A program made the translations under genes and the position numbers. Of a stretch of 36,906 bases of DNA, positions 15,086 through 25,000 are shown one piece after another. The stretch lies in IMG/VR virus record IMGVR_UViG_638341087_000007; one strand, written 5' to 3'. This stretch comes from a virus (Duplodnaviria; Heunggongvirae; Uroviricota; Caudoviricetes). Under the pieces are notes generated by a model, which searched no databases, was not told where the DNA came from, and saw only the letters and a program-made list of their open reading frames with translations. How positions within the stretch are numbered: position 1 is the stretch's first letter; the number at the start of each line of letters is the position of its first letter.

Positions 15086-15811
15086 ATGAACTGGCCTCAA
15101 ATCACCCTCATTATTCTGTTCGCCTTTGGTCTGGGCGTAACCGCCATCAGACACGGAGAACCACGTAACGATAAATACAGCTTCTGGTGGCAACTTACTG
15201 GCAACCTGGTGATTGTCTGGCTGCTCTGGTGTGGCGGCTTCTTCAGTCAGGCCCGCGCAGCGCAGCCTCCGCAGGCTGCGCTGCAGTATCGCGATGATGT
15301 GATCCGTAATGCCCGGCTTGAATGGGGACTGTCTGCGCCGGTGGCTGATTTCGCTGCGCAACTGCATCAGGAAAGCGGCTGGCGACCTGATGCGATCTCG
15401 CCGGCTGGCGCTCAGGGACTGGCGCAGTTTATGCCTGCCACTGCCGACTGGATAAGCCAGTTGATGCCGGCGCTGAGCAGTCGAGAGCCGTTTAATCCGG
15501 CATGGGCTATCCGGGCGCTGGTCAGTTATGACCGCTGGCTGTGGCAGCGCGTCAGCGCCGCCAACGACTGCGAGCGTATGGCCATGACACTGTCGGGCTA
15601 TAACGGTGGTCTGGGCTGGGTACAGCGGGACAGGCAACTTGCATCACAGAAAGGGCTGGACCGTACCCGCTGGTTCGGACATGTCGCCACGGTGAATGCC
15701 GGACGCAATGCTGCCAGCTGGCGGGAGAACCGTCATTATCCCCAGCGCATCCTGTTCACGCTGGCCCCGCGTTATCTCTCATGGGGAGGGGCAAGCTGTG
15801 TGGGTACGTAA
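15086..15811 (+). CDS. lytic transglycosylase (SLT domain) endolysin with N-terminal TM/SAR-like segment
   Basis: SLT-type motif HQESGWRPDAISPAGAQGLAQFMPATA; N-terminal 60 aa contain two hydrophobic helices. Confidence 0.7.
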   Translation: MNWPQITLIILFAFGLGVTAIRHGEPRNDKYSFWWQLTGNLVIVWLLWCGGFFSQARAAQPPQAALQYRDDVIRNARLEWGLSAPVADFAAQLHQESGWRPDAISPAGAQGLAQFMPATADWISQLMPALSSREPFNPAWAIRALVSYDRWLWQRVSAANDCERMAMTLSGYNGGLGWVQRDRQLASQKGLDRTRWFGHVATVNAGRNAASWRENRHYPQRILFTLAPRYLSWGGASCVGT

Positions 15812-16451
15812 GTTACGGTCGCTGCCGTGGCGGGTCATTATGCTGGCCATTCTCCTGAACACCTTCCTGCTGGCGATCTGGTGGCTGGGATACAGCACAG
15901 GCCACGACCGGGCCTCCGCTGACGGTCAGGCGGCGCTCAGCCGCCTGCAGGCGGATTTTGACGGATACCGGGCAGAACAGGCCCGGCGTGAGGTGGCGGC
16001 GTTGCGCGCATGGTCTGAGCGTTATCAGGAGCAGGTAGCCGCCGGGCAACGGGCTGAAGCTGGTTATCTTGAGCAGATTGCTCAACTGGAGGACCAGAAC
16101 AAACAACTACAGGGGCAAATTAACGATGTCACACAGCGCTGGATTGATGAAAAAGGTAAGAGCCATCCCATTGAGTGCGTGTTTACTCGCGGTTTCGTGC
16201 GCCAGTACAACGCCGCACTCGGATACGACAACGCATCCGTCGACACCGGTCATTCAGACTCAGTTGCCGCCGCTGGCACCGGCACTGGCGCAGCGACCGG
16301 GCAACCTGAAACCGCTGACGCCCGGTTACGCAATTCGGGTGTCTCCCAGCTTGACGTCCTTGCCAACATCATCGACAACGCAGGGCAATGTCGTCGCTGG
16401 CGAAACCAGATAAACGCGCTACTGGATGAACGGGAAGGATTACAGAAATGA
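15798..16451 (+). CDS. Rz-like i-spanin
   Basis: N-terminal TM (VIMLAILLNTFLLAIWWLGY) then coiled-coil-rich periplasmic domain; GTG start with GGGGAGGGG RBS; alternative ATG at 15840. Confidence 0.5.
   Translation: MWVRKLRSLPWRVIMLAILLNTFLLAIWWLGYSTGHDRASADGQAALSRLQADFDGYRAEQARREVAALRAWSERYQEQVAAGQRAEAGYLEQIAQLEDQNKQLQGQINDVTQRWIDEKGKSHPIECVFTRGFVRQYNAALGYDNASVDTGHSDSVAAAGTGTGAATGQPETADARLRNSGVSQLDVLANIIDNAGQCRRWRNQINALLDEREGLQK
16147..16413 (+). CDS. Rz1-like o-spanin, nested in the +1 frame of the i-spanin gene
   Basis: MKKVRAIPLSACLLAVSC lipoprotein-like signal followed by a proline-rich sequence, fully embedded in the i-spanin gene. Confidence 0.5.
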   Translation: MKKVRAIPLSACLLAVSCASTTPHSDTTTHPSTPVIQTQLPPLAPALAQRPGNLKPLTPGYAIRVSPSLTSLPTSSTTQGNVVAGETR

Positions 16452-16774
16452 CACTGCAGGTTGAATTCTGGACGGTGGTGAGTTTTTTGCTCACCTTCAT
16501 GGGGTTTGTGGGAGGGCTCGCCAAATGGTTGTTCAGTAAAACAGAAGAACGCCAGGCGGCACGATTCGCCTCCCTTGAGCAGGCCCTGCAACAGTCCGCC
16601 TCCAACTGGGGCGAACTGGAAAAAGAATTTATGCGATTTAAAGCGGATTTACCGCTGAATTATGTCCGTCGCGAGGATTATATCCGTGGCCAGACAGTCA
16701 TCGAGGCCAAACTGGACGCGCTCTACAACAAACTGGAAGTGGTACAGCAGTACCGCAATACCGGAGGTCAATAA
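16448..16774 (+). CDS. Mu gp25-like membrane protein (DUF2730-like)
   Basis: N-terminal TM, conserved position after the lysis genes, ATGA overlap with the i-spanin stop. Confidence 0.45.
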   Translation: MTLQVEFWTVVSFLLTFMGFVGGLAKWLFSKTEERQAARFASLEQALQQSASNWGELEKEFMRFKADLPLNYVRREDYIRGQTVIEAKLDALYNKLEVVQQYRNTGGQ

Positions 16775-17085
16775 TGGTCGATATTACCCGGGTACGCCGT
16801 GAATCCCTGCGCTGGAGTCTGCTGGTTGCCCTGAACAAAACCCGCCCTTATACCGCCAGCGAGACGCTGCTGCTGGAAGTGTCCCGCGCCATCTACCCGG
16901 ACACCACGCAACTGGAGCTGCGCCGTGAGCTTGATTACCTGGCAGATCGCAAGATGGTGGAACTGGAGAAGAGGCCTTCCGGTGACTGGTTTGCCGATCT
17001 GAGTCGCCTTGGTGTGGATATTGTGGAATACACCGTGGAATGCGGCCCCGGTATTGCCCGCCCGGAAAAATACTGGAGTGAGTGA
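16774..17085 (+). CDS. Mu gp26-like protein
   Basis: Conserved position immediately upstream of the terminase small-subunit-like gene. Confidence 0.4.
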   Translation: MVDITRVRRESLRWSLLVALNKTRPYTASETLLLEVSRAIYPDTTQLELRRELDYLADRKMVELEKRPSGDWFADLSRLGVDIVEYTVECGPGIARPEKYWSE

Positions 17086-17087
17086 TT

Positions 17088-17630
17088 ATGGGACGTCGCA
17101 GCAGCATTGATTCTCTGCCGAAGGAGGTCCGTCGCTGGCTTGAGCGGGCACTGACGGAGAATAATTTCACCGGCTATGCAGAGCTTGAAAGTCTGTTGAA
17201 GGAAAAGGGGTACAGCATCACCCGCTCTTCCCTGCAGCGGTTTGGCTACAAAATGGAGCAGCAACTGGCCCGGGTGCGGGCGGCAACCGAGGCAGCGCGT
17301 CTGCTTGCCCGGGAGGCCGGAGACGATCCTGATGACCGTTCAGCCGGGCTGATAACCCTCGTCCAGACCGAAATGACGGATATCCTGATGCGCCTGCAGG
17401 AGTCGCGGGAAAACGACGATCCCTTCGCCCGGGCAAAACTGCTGGCAACGGCTTCAAAAAATATCGCCACACTGACCCGCGCCTCGGTCAACCTCAAGCG
17501 CTATCAGGCAGAAGTCAGAGAGAGGGTTGAACGTGCTGCCGCTGCCGCCGAGAAAATTGCCCGTAAGGGCGGGCTCTCTGCGGAAGCCGTACAGGCACTG
17601 CGCCGGGAAATTCTGGGGGTGGTATCATGA
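17088..17630 (+). CDS. Mu gp27-like protein (DUF3486), terminase small-subunit candidate
   Basis: N-terminal MGRRSSIDSLPKEVRRWL resembles Mu gp27-like proteins; directly upstream of the large terminase. Confidence 0.6.
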   Translation: MGRRSSIDSLPKEVRRWLERALTENNFTGYAELESLLKEKGYSITRSSLQRFGYKMEQQLARVRAATEAARLLAREAGDDPDDRSAGLITLVQTEMTDILMRLQESRENDDPFARAKLLATASKNIATLTRASVNLKRYQAEVRERVERAAAAAEKIARKGGLSAEAVQALRREILGVVS

Positions 17631-19150
17631 CGGAGCTGCCGCCGCACATTCCTGACACCGCGAGTTATAAGGCCCCTCCCGTTCTGTTGCCCTACCAGCA
17701 GCGCTGGGTGGCAGATGCCTCTCCGCTTAAGGTGATAGAAAAGAGCCGTCGTACCGGTATTACATGGGCTGAGGCATCCGATAACGTACTGACCGCCGCC
17801 TCTTCTGCGCCAGCAGGCGGGATGAATGTGTATTACATCGCTTATAACCAGGACATGACCGTCGAATACATTCAGGCGTGTGCGATGTGGGCACGGGCAT
17901 TCAACTATGCGGCCAGTGAAATTGAAGAAGGATTCTGGGAAGAGGACGACGACGACAAACACATCAGGACTTACACCATCAAATTTCCTGACTCCGGCTT
18001 TCGTATTGTTGCGCTCTCCAGCCGCCCGTCTAACCTGCGTGGCCGTCAGGGTATTATTGTTATCGACGAAGCGGCGTTCCATGAGCAACTGGACGAACTG
18101 CTGAAAGCGGCGCTGGCGATGCTTATCTGGGGGGGAAAGGTACGCGTTATCTCCACCCATGACGGTGACGACAATCCGTTCAATACGCTTATCGGGGATA
18201 TCCGTGCCGGACGTCAGGGAGGCAGCGTACATCGCATCACTTTCCGGGAAGCCGTATCTGAGGGGCTGTTCCGGCGCGTTTGTCTGCGCACCGGGAAGGA
18301 ATGGTCGGAGGCATCCGAGCAGGCCTGGATGGCGTCAGTGTACAAATTCTACGGTGCCGGTGCATCCGAAGAGCTTGACTGTATTCCGGCCAACGGTGGC
18401 GGTGCCTGGCTGTCCCGAGCCCTGATAGAGTCCCGCATGTCCGCTGATACGCCGGTATTGCGTCTGACCTGCAAGGAAGGTTATGAGCTGCTGTCTGATG
18501 AGGTTCGCTTCCGCGAGACGCAGGACTGGCTTGATGAGCATCTGAAACCCTTGCTGGAGGCGCTCCCCGCTGGTGCCCGCTCTTTTCTGGGGCGCGACTT
18601 TGGCCGTAGCGGTGATTTGTCGGTGGACTATCCCCTGCTGCAGGAGAAGAACCTGATACGACGCGTGCCATTCGTACTGGAGTTGCGTAACGTGCCGTTC
18701 AGGCAGCAGGAGCAAATCACCTGGTATCTGATGGATGGCCTGCCCGGTCTGCTGGGTGCTGCGTTTGATGCCCGTGGTAATGGTGCCTATCTGGCTGAAT
18801 ACGCCATGCAGCGCTACGGCTCCAGCCGGGTTCAGCAGGTGATGCCAACCGAAGGCTGGTACCGGGAGCATATGCCTCCGGTCAAAGCTGCACTGGAAGA
18901 CGGTAACCTGGTGGACTTACCAAAGGATGAAGACACACTGGATGACCTGCGGGCCGTTCAGGTGGTGAACGGTGTCCCCCGCGTGCCGGAGCAACGCTCA
19001 AAAGCAAAGGCTGATGGTGGTAAACGCCACGGGGATTCAGCCATCGCACTGGCGCTGGCGTATTTCGCCAGCCGTGAAATTAACAAAGGGCCGGTGAAGG
19101 CAAGCTCACGCCGTCGTCGTCAGGCGGCCCGTATGCTGGAGGGATTCTGA
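17627..19150 (+). CDS. terminase large subunit (Mu gp28-like)
   Basis: 507 aa, position and size; nuclease-type acidic motifs in the C-terminal half. Confidence 0.75.
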   Translation: MTELPPHIPDTASYKAPPVLLPYQQRWVADASPLKVIEKSRRTGITWAEASDNVLTAASSAPAGGMNVYYIAYNQDMTVEYIQACAMWARAFNYAASEIEEGFWEEDDDDKHIRTYTIKFPDSGFRIVALSSRPSNLRGRQGIIVIDEAAFHEQLDELLKAALAMLIWGGKVRVISTHDGDDNPFNTLIGDIRAGRQGGSVHRITFREAVSEGLFRRVCLRTGKEWSEASEQAWMASVYKFYGAGASEELDCIPANGGGAWLSRALIESRMSADTPVLRLTCKEGYELLSDEVRFRETQDWLDEHLKPLLEALPAGARSFLGRDFGRSGDLSVDYPLLQEKNLIRRVPFVLELRNVPFRQQEQITWYLMDGLPGLLGAAFDARGNGAYLAEYAMQRYGSSRVQQVMPTEGWYREHMPPVKAALEDGNLVDLPKDEDTLDDLRAVQVVNGVPRVPEQRSKAKADGGKRHGDSAIALALAYFASREINKGPVKASSRRRRQAARMLEGF

Positions 19151-20643
19151 TGGCGAGGGGTATCTGGGTTTCACCCGATGAATTTGTTGCTTTTTCTGAG
19201 CCTCAGAAATCACTGACCGCGCAGATTGCCTCCCGCAGCCGCGCGATCGACTTTTACGGACTGGGCATGTATCTGCCCAATCCTGATCCCATTCTCAAGG
19301 CTCAGGGACGGGATATCCGTATCTACCGCGAACTGCGCACCGACCCGCTGGTCGGGGGCTGTATCCGCAGACGTAAAGCAGCGCTCAAATCGCTGGAGCG
19401 TGGACTGGAGCGCGGTCACGCTTCTGCCCGGGTCTTCCGTTTCATCCGCGACATGCTCGACGATCTGGATCTGTCCCGCATCATCGGTGAGATGAGCGAT
19501 GCCGTGCTCTACGGGTATCAGCCCTGTGAAATCATGTGGGGCCGTTCGGTCAGGGCGTGGGCGGTGACGGATATTGTCGGCAAACCGCCTGAGTGGTTTC
19601 AGTTTGATACGGACAACTGCCTGCGCTTCCGGGCGCGTGATGCGGGTGTGGAGGGTGAGCTGCTGTCACCGTCAAAATTCGTGGTGCCGGCACAGGATGC
19701 CTCGTATGACAATCCTTACGGTTTCCCTGACCTGTCCATGTGCTTCTGGCCGGTCGCCTTCAAGAAAGGCGGGATGAAATTCTGGCTCCGCTTTGCCGAA
19801 AAGTTTGGCTCCCCGTGGGTGATCGGTAAGCACCCGAGGGGTGCAAATGATGCAGAGATTGAAAAACTGCTGGACTCCATGGAGCAGATGGTGGAGGACG
19901 CGGTGGCCGCCATCCCCGATGACAGCAGCATCGAACTCAAAGCCGCGGATGGTAAGGCGGACAGCAGCGAGGTATTCCGCGAGCTGATCACACTGTCACG
20001 CAGTGAGATCTCCATTGCATTACTTGGTCAGAATCAGACCACGGAAGCGAACAGTAACAAGGCCTCTGCACAGGCCGGGCTGGAGGTAACGGCTGATATC
20101 CGCGATGCGGATGCGGACATCATTCAGGCAGCAGTGAATCAGGTTATCAGAACGGTGGTCACCCTGAACTTCGGCGATGTGCCGTGTCCGGTCTGGGCCA
20201 TGTGGGAACAGGAGACCATTGATGACACCCGCGCCACCCGCGACGAAAAACTCACCCGCGCGGGACTGCGCCTGACCCCGCAGTACTTCATGCGGGAGTA
20301 CCAGCTGCAGGAGGGGGATATTGACCTCTCTGATGCACCGGTTGCGGACGGGGCAGTGCCTGCGGAATTTGCCGAGGCGATAAGCGCCGATCATGATGCA
20401 CAACAGCAGCTTGACGACGCGCTGGACATTCTGATGAACGGAGGTGTGTTAAATGGCACGCTGGAACCCGTCCTGGCACCTCTGTTTAAGCGGGTCGAAA
20501 ATGGGGTTAACCCGTCTGAGCTGCTGGGCGAACTGGCGGAGCTCTACCCTCAGATGAACACGGACGATCTGCAGGAACGGTTGGCCCGCATTCTCTTTGT
20601 GGCAAATATCTGGGGGCGTCTGCATGAGCGTGACAACGGCTGA
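19150..20643 (+). CDS. portal protein (Mu gp29 / DUF935-like)
   Basis: 497 aa, follows terminase with overlapping stop/start. Confidence 0.75.
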   Translation: MARGIWVSPDEFVAFSEPQKSLTAQIASRSRAIDFYGLGMYLPNPDPILKAQGRDIRIYRELRTDPLVGGCIRRRKAALKSLERGLERGHASARVFRFIRDMLDDLDLSRIIGEMSDAVLYGYQPCEIMWGRSVRAWAVTDIVGKPPEWFQFDTDNCLRFRARDAGVEGELLSPSKFVVPAQDASYDNPYGFPDLSMCFWPVAFKKGGMKFWLRFAEKFGSPWVIGKHPRGANDAEIEKLLDSMEQMVEDAVAAIPDDSSIELKAADGKADSSEVFRELITLSRSEISIALLGQNQTTEANSNKASAQAGLEVTADIRDADADIIQAAVNQVIRTVVTLNFGDVPCPVWAMWEQETIDDTRATRDEKLTRAGLRLTPQYFMREYQLQEGDIDLSDAPVADGAVPAEFAEAISADHDAQQQLDDALDILMNGGVLNGTLEPVLAPLFKRVENGVNPSELLGELAELYPQMNTDDLQERLARILFVANIWGRLHERDNG

Positions 20644-21445
20644 ACTGGCGTACTGCATGACGCTTCCCCCGAAGCGGGCAATCAGCTACCTGAAGTCCAA
20701 AGGGTATCAGATTACCTGGGACTGGGAAGAAATGTGGCAGGAAGCCCATGCCCGCGCCTTTACCGTCGCTAAAGTGACCCGCCTGGATATCCTGGAAGAT
20801 ATTCGTGGGGCACTGCAGCAGGCTGTCGATGAAGGAAAAACCGATCGCTGGTTCCGACAGGAGCTGGAGCCGGCGCTGAAGCGCAAGGGATGGTGGGGAC
20901 CGCGTGACACGACTGACCCGGTAACGGGTGAGCCGGTCACCATTCAGCAGGGCAGTCCGTGGCGGCTCGATACCATCTTTCGCACCAATATGTCCGTACT
21001 CTACAGCGCCGGTCGTTGGGCGGAACAGATGGAAAACGTCGACGACAGGCCGTACTGGATGTATACCGGCATCAACGACAGCCATACCCGCAGGAGCCAT
21101 CTGGCGCTGCATGGTCTGGTGCTGCGCTGGGATGACCCGTTCTGGCAGGCATTTTACCCGCCGAACGGCTGGCGCTGCCGCTGTAGTGTGATTGCCCTGA
21201 GTGCGGCGGATGTCCGTGCCCGTGGCCTGAAGGTTATCAGCTCCGGCTCTGCCATGGGCCGGGAACTGAAACTGGTCTCAGAGAAAACCGGCGAAATGCG
21301 GAACGTGGCCACCTTTAATACCGGCACCACGAAGGTGACCACCGACGTCGGCTGGTCTTATGCACCGGGGGCAGCATACCGTCCCGACCTGGCCCGCTAT
21401 CAGGGTACGCTTCAGCCACTGGCACAACAGGAACTGAGAGGATAA
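20624..21445 (+). CDS. head morphogenesis protein (Mu F-like)
   Basis: Conserved C-terminal region (PNGWRCRCSV); start uncertain (20597, 20624 or 20657). Confidence 0.65.
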   Translation: MSVTTAELAYCMTLPPKRAISYLKSKGYQITWDWEEMWQEAHARAFTVAKVTRLDILEDIRGALQQAVDEGKTDRWFRQELEPALKRKGWWGPRDTTDPVTGEPVTIQQGSPWRLDTIFRTNMSVLYSAGRWAEQMENVDDRPYWMYTGINDSHTRRSHLALHGLVLRWDDPFWQAFYPPNGWRCRCSVIALSAADVRARGLKVISSGSAMGRELKLVSEKTGEMRNVATFNTGTTKVTTDVGWSYAPGAAYRPDLARYQGTLQPLAQQELRG

Positions 21446-21447
21446 CA

Positions 21448-21906
21448 ATGGCTTCCGATAACCTGGTCAGTATCACCATTAACGATAAATCCCTGCGCCG
21501 GAGCCTCCGTGCGCTGGATCTTGCTGCCACAGACCTGGAGCCCGCGATGCGCAAAATCGCCGGAACCCTGCTGGCGGAAACACAGTTTAACTTTCTTGAT
21601 GAGGGGCGTCCGGGGTGGATGCCCTCGCTGGCAGCGGAAGAACGTGACGGGCAGACACTGCAGGATACCGGGCGTCTGATGGGGTCAGTATCAACCGACC
21701 ATGACGACCGGCAGGCTGTTGTGGGGACCAACGTTGTTTACGGTGCCATTCACCAGTTCGGGGGTAAAACGGGGCGTAATGAGTCTGTTGAACTTCCGGC
21801 CCGCCCGTTCCTGCCGGTGACGGGGGATGGAGAACTACAGCCTGAAGTGGTAATCCCCATCCTAGATACCATTGTCCGCCATCTTGAATCAGCGGCCCGT
21901 CGCTGA
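21448..21906 (+). CDS. virion morphogenesis protein (Mu G-like)
   Basis: 152 aa, conserved position after F. Confidence 0.55.
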   Translation: MASDNLVSITINDKSLRRSLRALDLAATDLEPAMRKIAGTLLAETQFNFLDEGRPGWMPSLAAEERDGQTLQDTGRLMGSVSTDHDDRQAVVGTNVVYGAIHQFGGKTGRNESVELPARPFLPVTGDGELQPEVVIPILDTIVRHLESAARR

Positions 21907-22046
21907 GTTTTCTCTCTTCAGGCGGGTGATTTATCATTGCCAGCGAATGAGGGGCTGTATTACCTTTATAAAGGCTTTACAGCCTCTGTTTTATAACCGC
22001 CTCCGGTTCACCGCATTGCTTTCCCTGTCCTTCTCCCCTGATGTTT

Positions 22047-22066
22047 TCTAAAGCAGATTAAAATCG
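22047..22066 (+). promoter_or_regulatory. candidate late promoter element upstream of the protease/scaffold gene
   Basis: TCTAAAGCAGATTAAAATCG within a 214-bp intergenic region. Confidence 0.4.
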
Positions 22067-22120
22067 CCGGGCCTGCATTTCTCACAAACTGTCTCCGACA
22101 ACATAACGCGGGACAGCAAA

Positions 22121-23236
22121 ATGTCAGCCATTCACATTTTTAAAGCCGGTACTCATACCGATATGCACGGCAAAAAACTGCCGTTCACGCCAGACGATCT
22201 TGCCGCCTGCGTGAAAGCCTATGACCCGTCCGTCCATGAAGCACCACTCGTGATTGGTCATCCCAGAACGGAAGACCCGGCGTGGGGCTGGGTGAAAGCC
22301 CTGTCGCTCAGCGGCGTCGATCTGATGGCAGAGCCTGCCCAGCTGGACCCGCAGTTTGCTGAGATGGTCACCGACGGACGATTCAAAAAAGTGTCCGCCT
22401 CTTTCTACCTCCCGGATTCACCGTCCAATCCGAAGCCCGGCGTGCTCTACCTTCGCCATGTGGGCTTTCTCGGTGCACAGCCACCTTCCGTCAAGGGGCT
22501 GAAACAGGTGTCCTTCAGTGAGCAGGAAGAAGGTGTGGTGGAGTTCGCCGACTGGCAGGCCATCACGAATGCCTCCCTGTGGGGAAAGCTGCGCGATTTT
22601 CTGATCGCCCGCTTCAGTCTGGACGAAGCAGAAAAAGTCCTGCCGGAATGGCAGCTCAACAATCTGCGCGAAGAGGCGTACCGCGACACACCGTCGCAGG
22701 ATGCAGCAGGTGCACAATTCAGTGAGACAGGCCAGGTGCCGTCTTCCGCAAGTAACGAGGAATCATCGATGACAAAAGAAGAGATTGAAGCCCTTCAGGA
22801 GGAGAACCGCCGCCTGAAGCAGCAGGCTGCTGATCGCGATGCGCGTGATGCACAGGCCAGACAGGAGCAACTGCATAAGGACAATGTGGCCTTTGCAGAA
22901 AAACTGGTCGCAGAGGGGCGTCTGGCTCCCCGCGCCTCCTCCGTGGTGGTTGCCCTGCTGGATGCCGTCGCCGGTGGCGACAAGCCGGTGGAGTTTGCTG
23001 AGGGGGAAAGCCGCACGCCGCTGGCCACCGCCTTCCGTTCATTGCTCTCCGACGGGGAGCCGGTGATGAATTTCGCCGAACAGGCCACAAAGGAGCGTGT
23101 CGGCGACACGGTGAAGGTGGATGTGGCGGAGTTTGCGGAAGCCGATCCTGAGCGTCTGGCCCTGCATCAGAAAGCAGTGGCCCTGTCCAAAAAAGAAGGC
23201 ATCAGCTATGAGGCTGCTGTCGCACGCTGCCTGTAA
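22121..23236 (+). CDS. head maturation protease / scaffold (Mu I-like)
   Basis: 371 aa with Mu I-like N-terminus; coiled-coil C-terminal half consistent with a scaffold. Confidence 0.7.
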   Translation: MSAIHIFKAGTHTDMHGKKLPFTPDDLAACVKAYDPSVHEAPLVIGHPRTEDPAWGWVKALSLSGVDLMAEPAQLDPQFAEMVTDGRFKKVSASFYLPDSPSNPKPGVLYLRHVGFLGAQPPSVKGLKQVSFSEQEEGVVEFADWQAITNASLWGKLRDFLIARFSLDEAEKVLPEWQLNNLREEAYRDTPSQDAAGAQFSETGQVPSSASNEESSMTKEEIEALQEENRRLKQQAADRDARDAQARQEQLHKDNVAFAEKLVAEGRLAPRASSVVVALLDAVAGGDKPVEFAEGESRTPLATAFRSLLSDGEPVMNFAEQATKERVGDTVKVDVAEFAEADPERLALHQKAVALSKKEGISYEAAVARCL

Positions 23237-23250
23237 TTTAAGGAGAAATC

Positions 23251-24204
23251 ATGTCTGATTACTTAAAAGGTAAACGTGTCGTTGATCCGGTACTGACCAG
23301 TATCGCCCGAGGCTATAAAAATGCCGCATTCATTGGCGAACGTATTTTCCCCGTCGTGCTGACGGACAAGGAAGGCGTGCGTGTGCCGACCTTCGGGAAA
23401 ACCGCCTTTGTGGAATATGACACTGAGCGTGCCGTCGGGGCGGACAGCAATGTTCTGGTCCGTGAGAAAACCGGCACGCTTGATCTGGTGCTGGGTGAGC
23501 ACGATCTGGCTGCGCCGGTGGACTATCGCGAGCAGGCGGAGTCCATGTTTAACGAGGAGAGCAAGGCCATCCGTCGCGCCACGAATGGCGTGAATCTGCG
23601 CCGTGAACTTATCGCCGCCCGTCTGGCTCAGGATGAAAAGGTCTACCGTACCGGGCACGTTAAAAAACTGACAGCCAGTGATCGCTGGGCCGGTGGTAAG
23701 GGGGACCCCATCGGGGTGATTGAAGCCGGTATGGAAGCGGTCCGTACGGCCACGGGGCTGCGTCCTAACCTGATGACCATGGGTGCCAGCGTGATGGCGC
23801 TGCTGAAGTTCCACCCGGCGATTCAGGCTGCCATCGGAGCCAACGAACGCAAGCGCATCACTACGGAGATCCTGCAGGACCTCTTTCAGATCGAAGAGAT
23901 CGTCATCGGTGCCCCTGTCTCCCTGCCATCCATGAAAGCGGCAATGGATAGGGACAGCGTGCCGGCGGATATCTGGGGAGACAACCTGATGCTGCACTAC
24001 GTCGGCAAGCCGCAGCCGGGGGCGGACAGCGCGGACGAGAACGAGCCGTCCTTCGGCTACACCCTGCGCCGTAAGGGGATGCCTGTTGCAGACAAATACG
24101 ACGGTGCCGGTGGCAAGGTGAAGTACTGCCGTTATACCGATATCTACAAAGTCGCCGTGGTTGGTGGCGATGCCGGGTATCTCATCACCGGTATCAGTAA
24201 ATAA
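23251..24204 (+). CDS. major capsid protein (Mu T-like)
   Basis: 317 aa, GGAG RBS, position after the protease. Confidence 0.75.
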   Translation: MSDYLKGKRVVDPVLTSIARGYKNAAFIGERIFPVVLTDKEGVRVPTFGKTAFVEYDTERAVGADSNVLVREKTGTLDLVLGEHDLAAPVDYREQAESMFNEESKAIRRATNGVNLRRELIAARLAQDEKVYRTGHVKKLTASDRWAGGKGDPIGVIEAGMEAVRTATGLRPNLMTMGASVMALLKFHPAIQAAIGANERKRITTEILQDLFQIEEIVIGAPVSLPSMKAAMDRDSVPADIWGDNLMLHYVGKPQPGADSADENEPSFGYTLRRKGMPVADKYDGAGGKVKYCRYTDIYKVAVVGGDAGYLITGISK

Positions 24205-24213
24205 GGAGGCGTT

Positions 24214-24552
24214 ATGGGAACCACTCAGCAGGTCATTCTGATTACAACCGTAACGGCAGGGGCAGAACTGGCACAGCAGCGTTTTGTCGGGGCAGATAAT
24301 ACCCCCTGTAAAGCCGGTGCCGCAGCGCTCGGGGTTGCCGAAGTGGATGCTGTTACCGGCGACAGCACGCCGGTGAGCGTTCTGGGCATTATTGCTGTTG
24401 AGGCCGGTGCTGCGGTCAGCCGTGGTGTGGCTGTTCAGTCAGATGCTCAGGCCAGAGCCGTGCCGCAGTCCGGCGACGGTAAATCCTGTGGTATTGCACT
24501 TGATGAAGCCGGGGGTGAAGGCGACGTCATTCGTATCCTGCGCGGGGTGTGA
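24214..24552 (+). CDS. small head-associated protein (DUF2190-like), putative
   Basis: 112 aa, Gly/Ala-rich, immediately after the capsid gene. Confidence 0.4.
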   Translation: MGTTQQVILITTVTAGAELAQQRFVGADNTPCKAGAAALGVAEVDAVTGDSTPVSVLGIIAVEAGAAVSRGVAVQSDAQARAVPQSGDGKSCGIALDEAGGEGDVIRILRGV

Positions 24553-24553
24553 C

Positions 24554-25000
24554 ATGTACTGCACCCTGGAGGATTTGCTTGAGCAGGTGCCGGAACGAAC
24601 GCTGATCGAGCTCACCAGTGAAGAGATGGACTTCGACTCGCCTGCGACAGTGAATACCCGTGTGGTGGAGAGCTGTATCCGCTATGCCGACGAGCTGATT
24701 GATGCCCATCTGCGCGGACGCTATATCCTGCCGCTGGCGGAGATACCGACCGTTCTGCGGGACATTGCCATCACGCTGGTCCGTTACCGGCTCTACGCCC
24801 GCCGCCCGGAAGGTGACCTCCCGGATACGGTGAAGGATGACCACAAAGAAGCGCTGCGGCAACTGAAGGAGTTACGTGATAACAGGCTTACGCTGGGGCT
24901 GCCGTCCACTCAGAAAGATATGCCTGAGCCAGGAGAGTTTCGTGTACGCAGCCGCCCGGCCACTTTCGGCGGTCGTGACGGCTTACTGGAGAAATACTGA
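24554..25000 (+). CDS. Mu gp36-like protein (DUF1320-like)
   Basis: Start at internal Met MYCTLEDLLEQVPERTL of the track ORF. Confidence 0.5.
   Translation: MYCTLEDLLEQVPERTLIELTSEEMDFDSPATVNTRVVESCIRYADELIDAHLRGRYILPLAEIPTVLRDIAITLVRYRLYARRPEGDLPDTVKDDHKEALRQLKELRDNRLTLGLPSTQKDMPEPGEFRVRSRPATFGGRDGLLEKY

Noticed and set aside
23263-23997. 244-aa minus-strand ORF
   Set aside because: Antisense to the major capsid gene, which is supported by its RBS and context.
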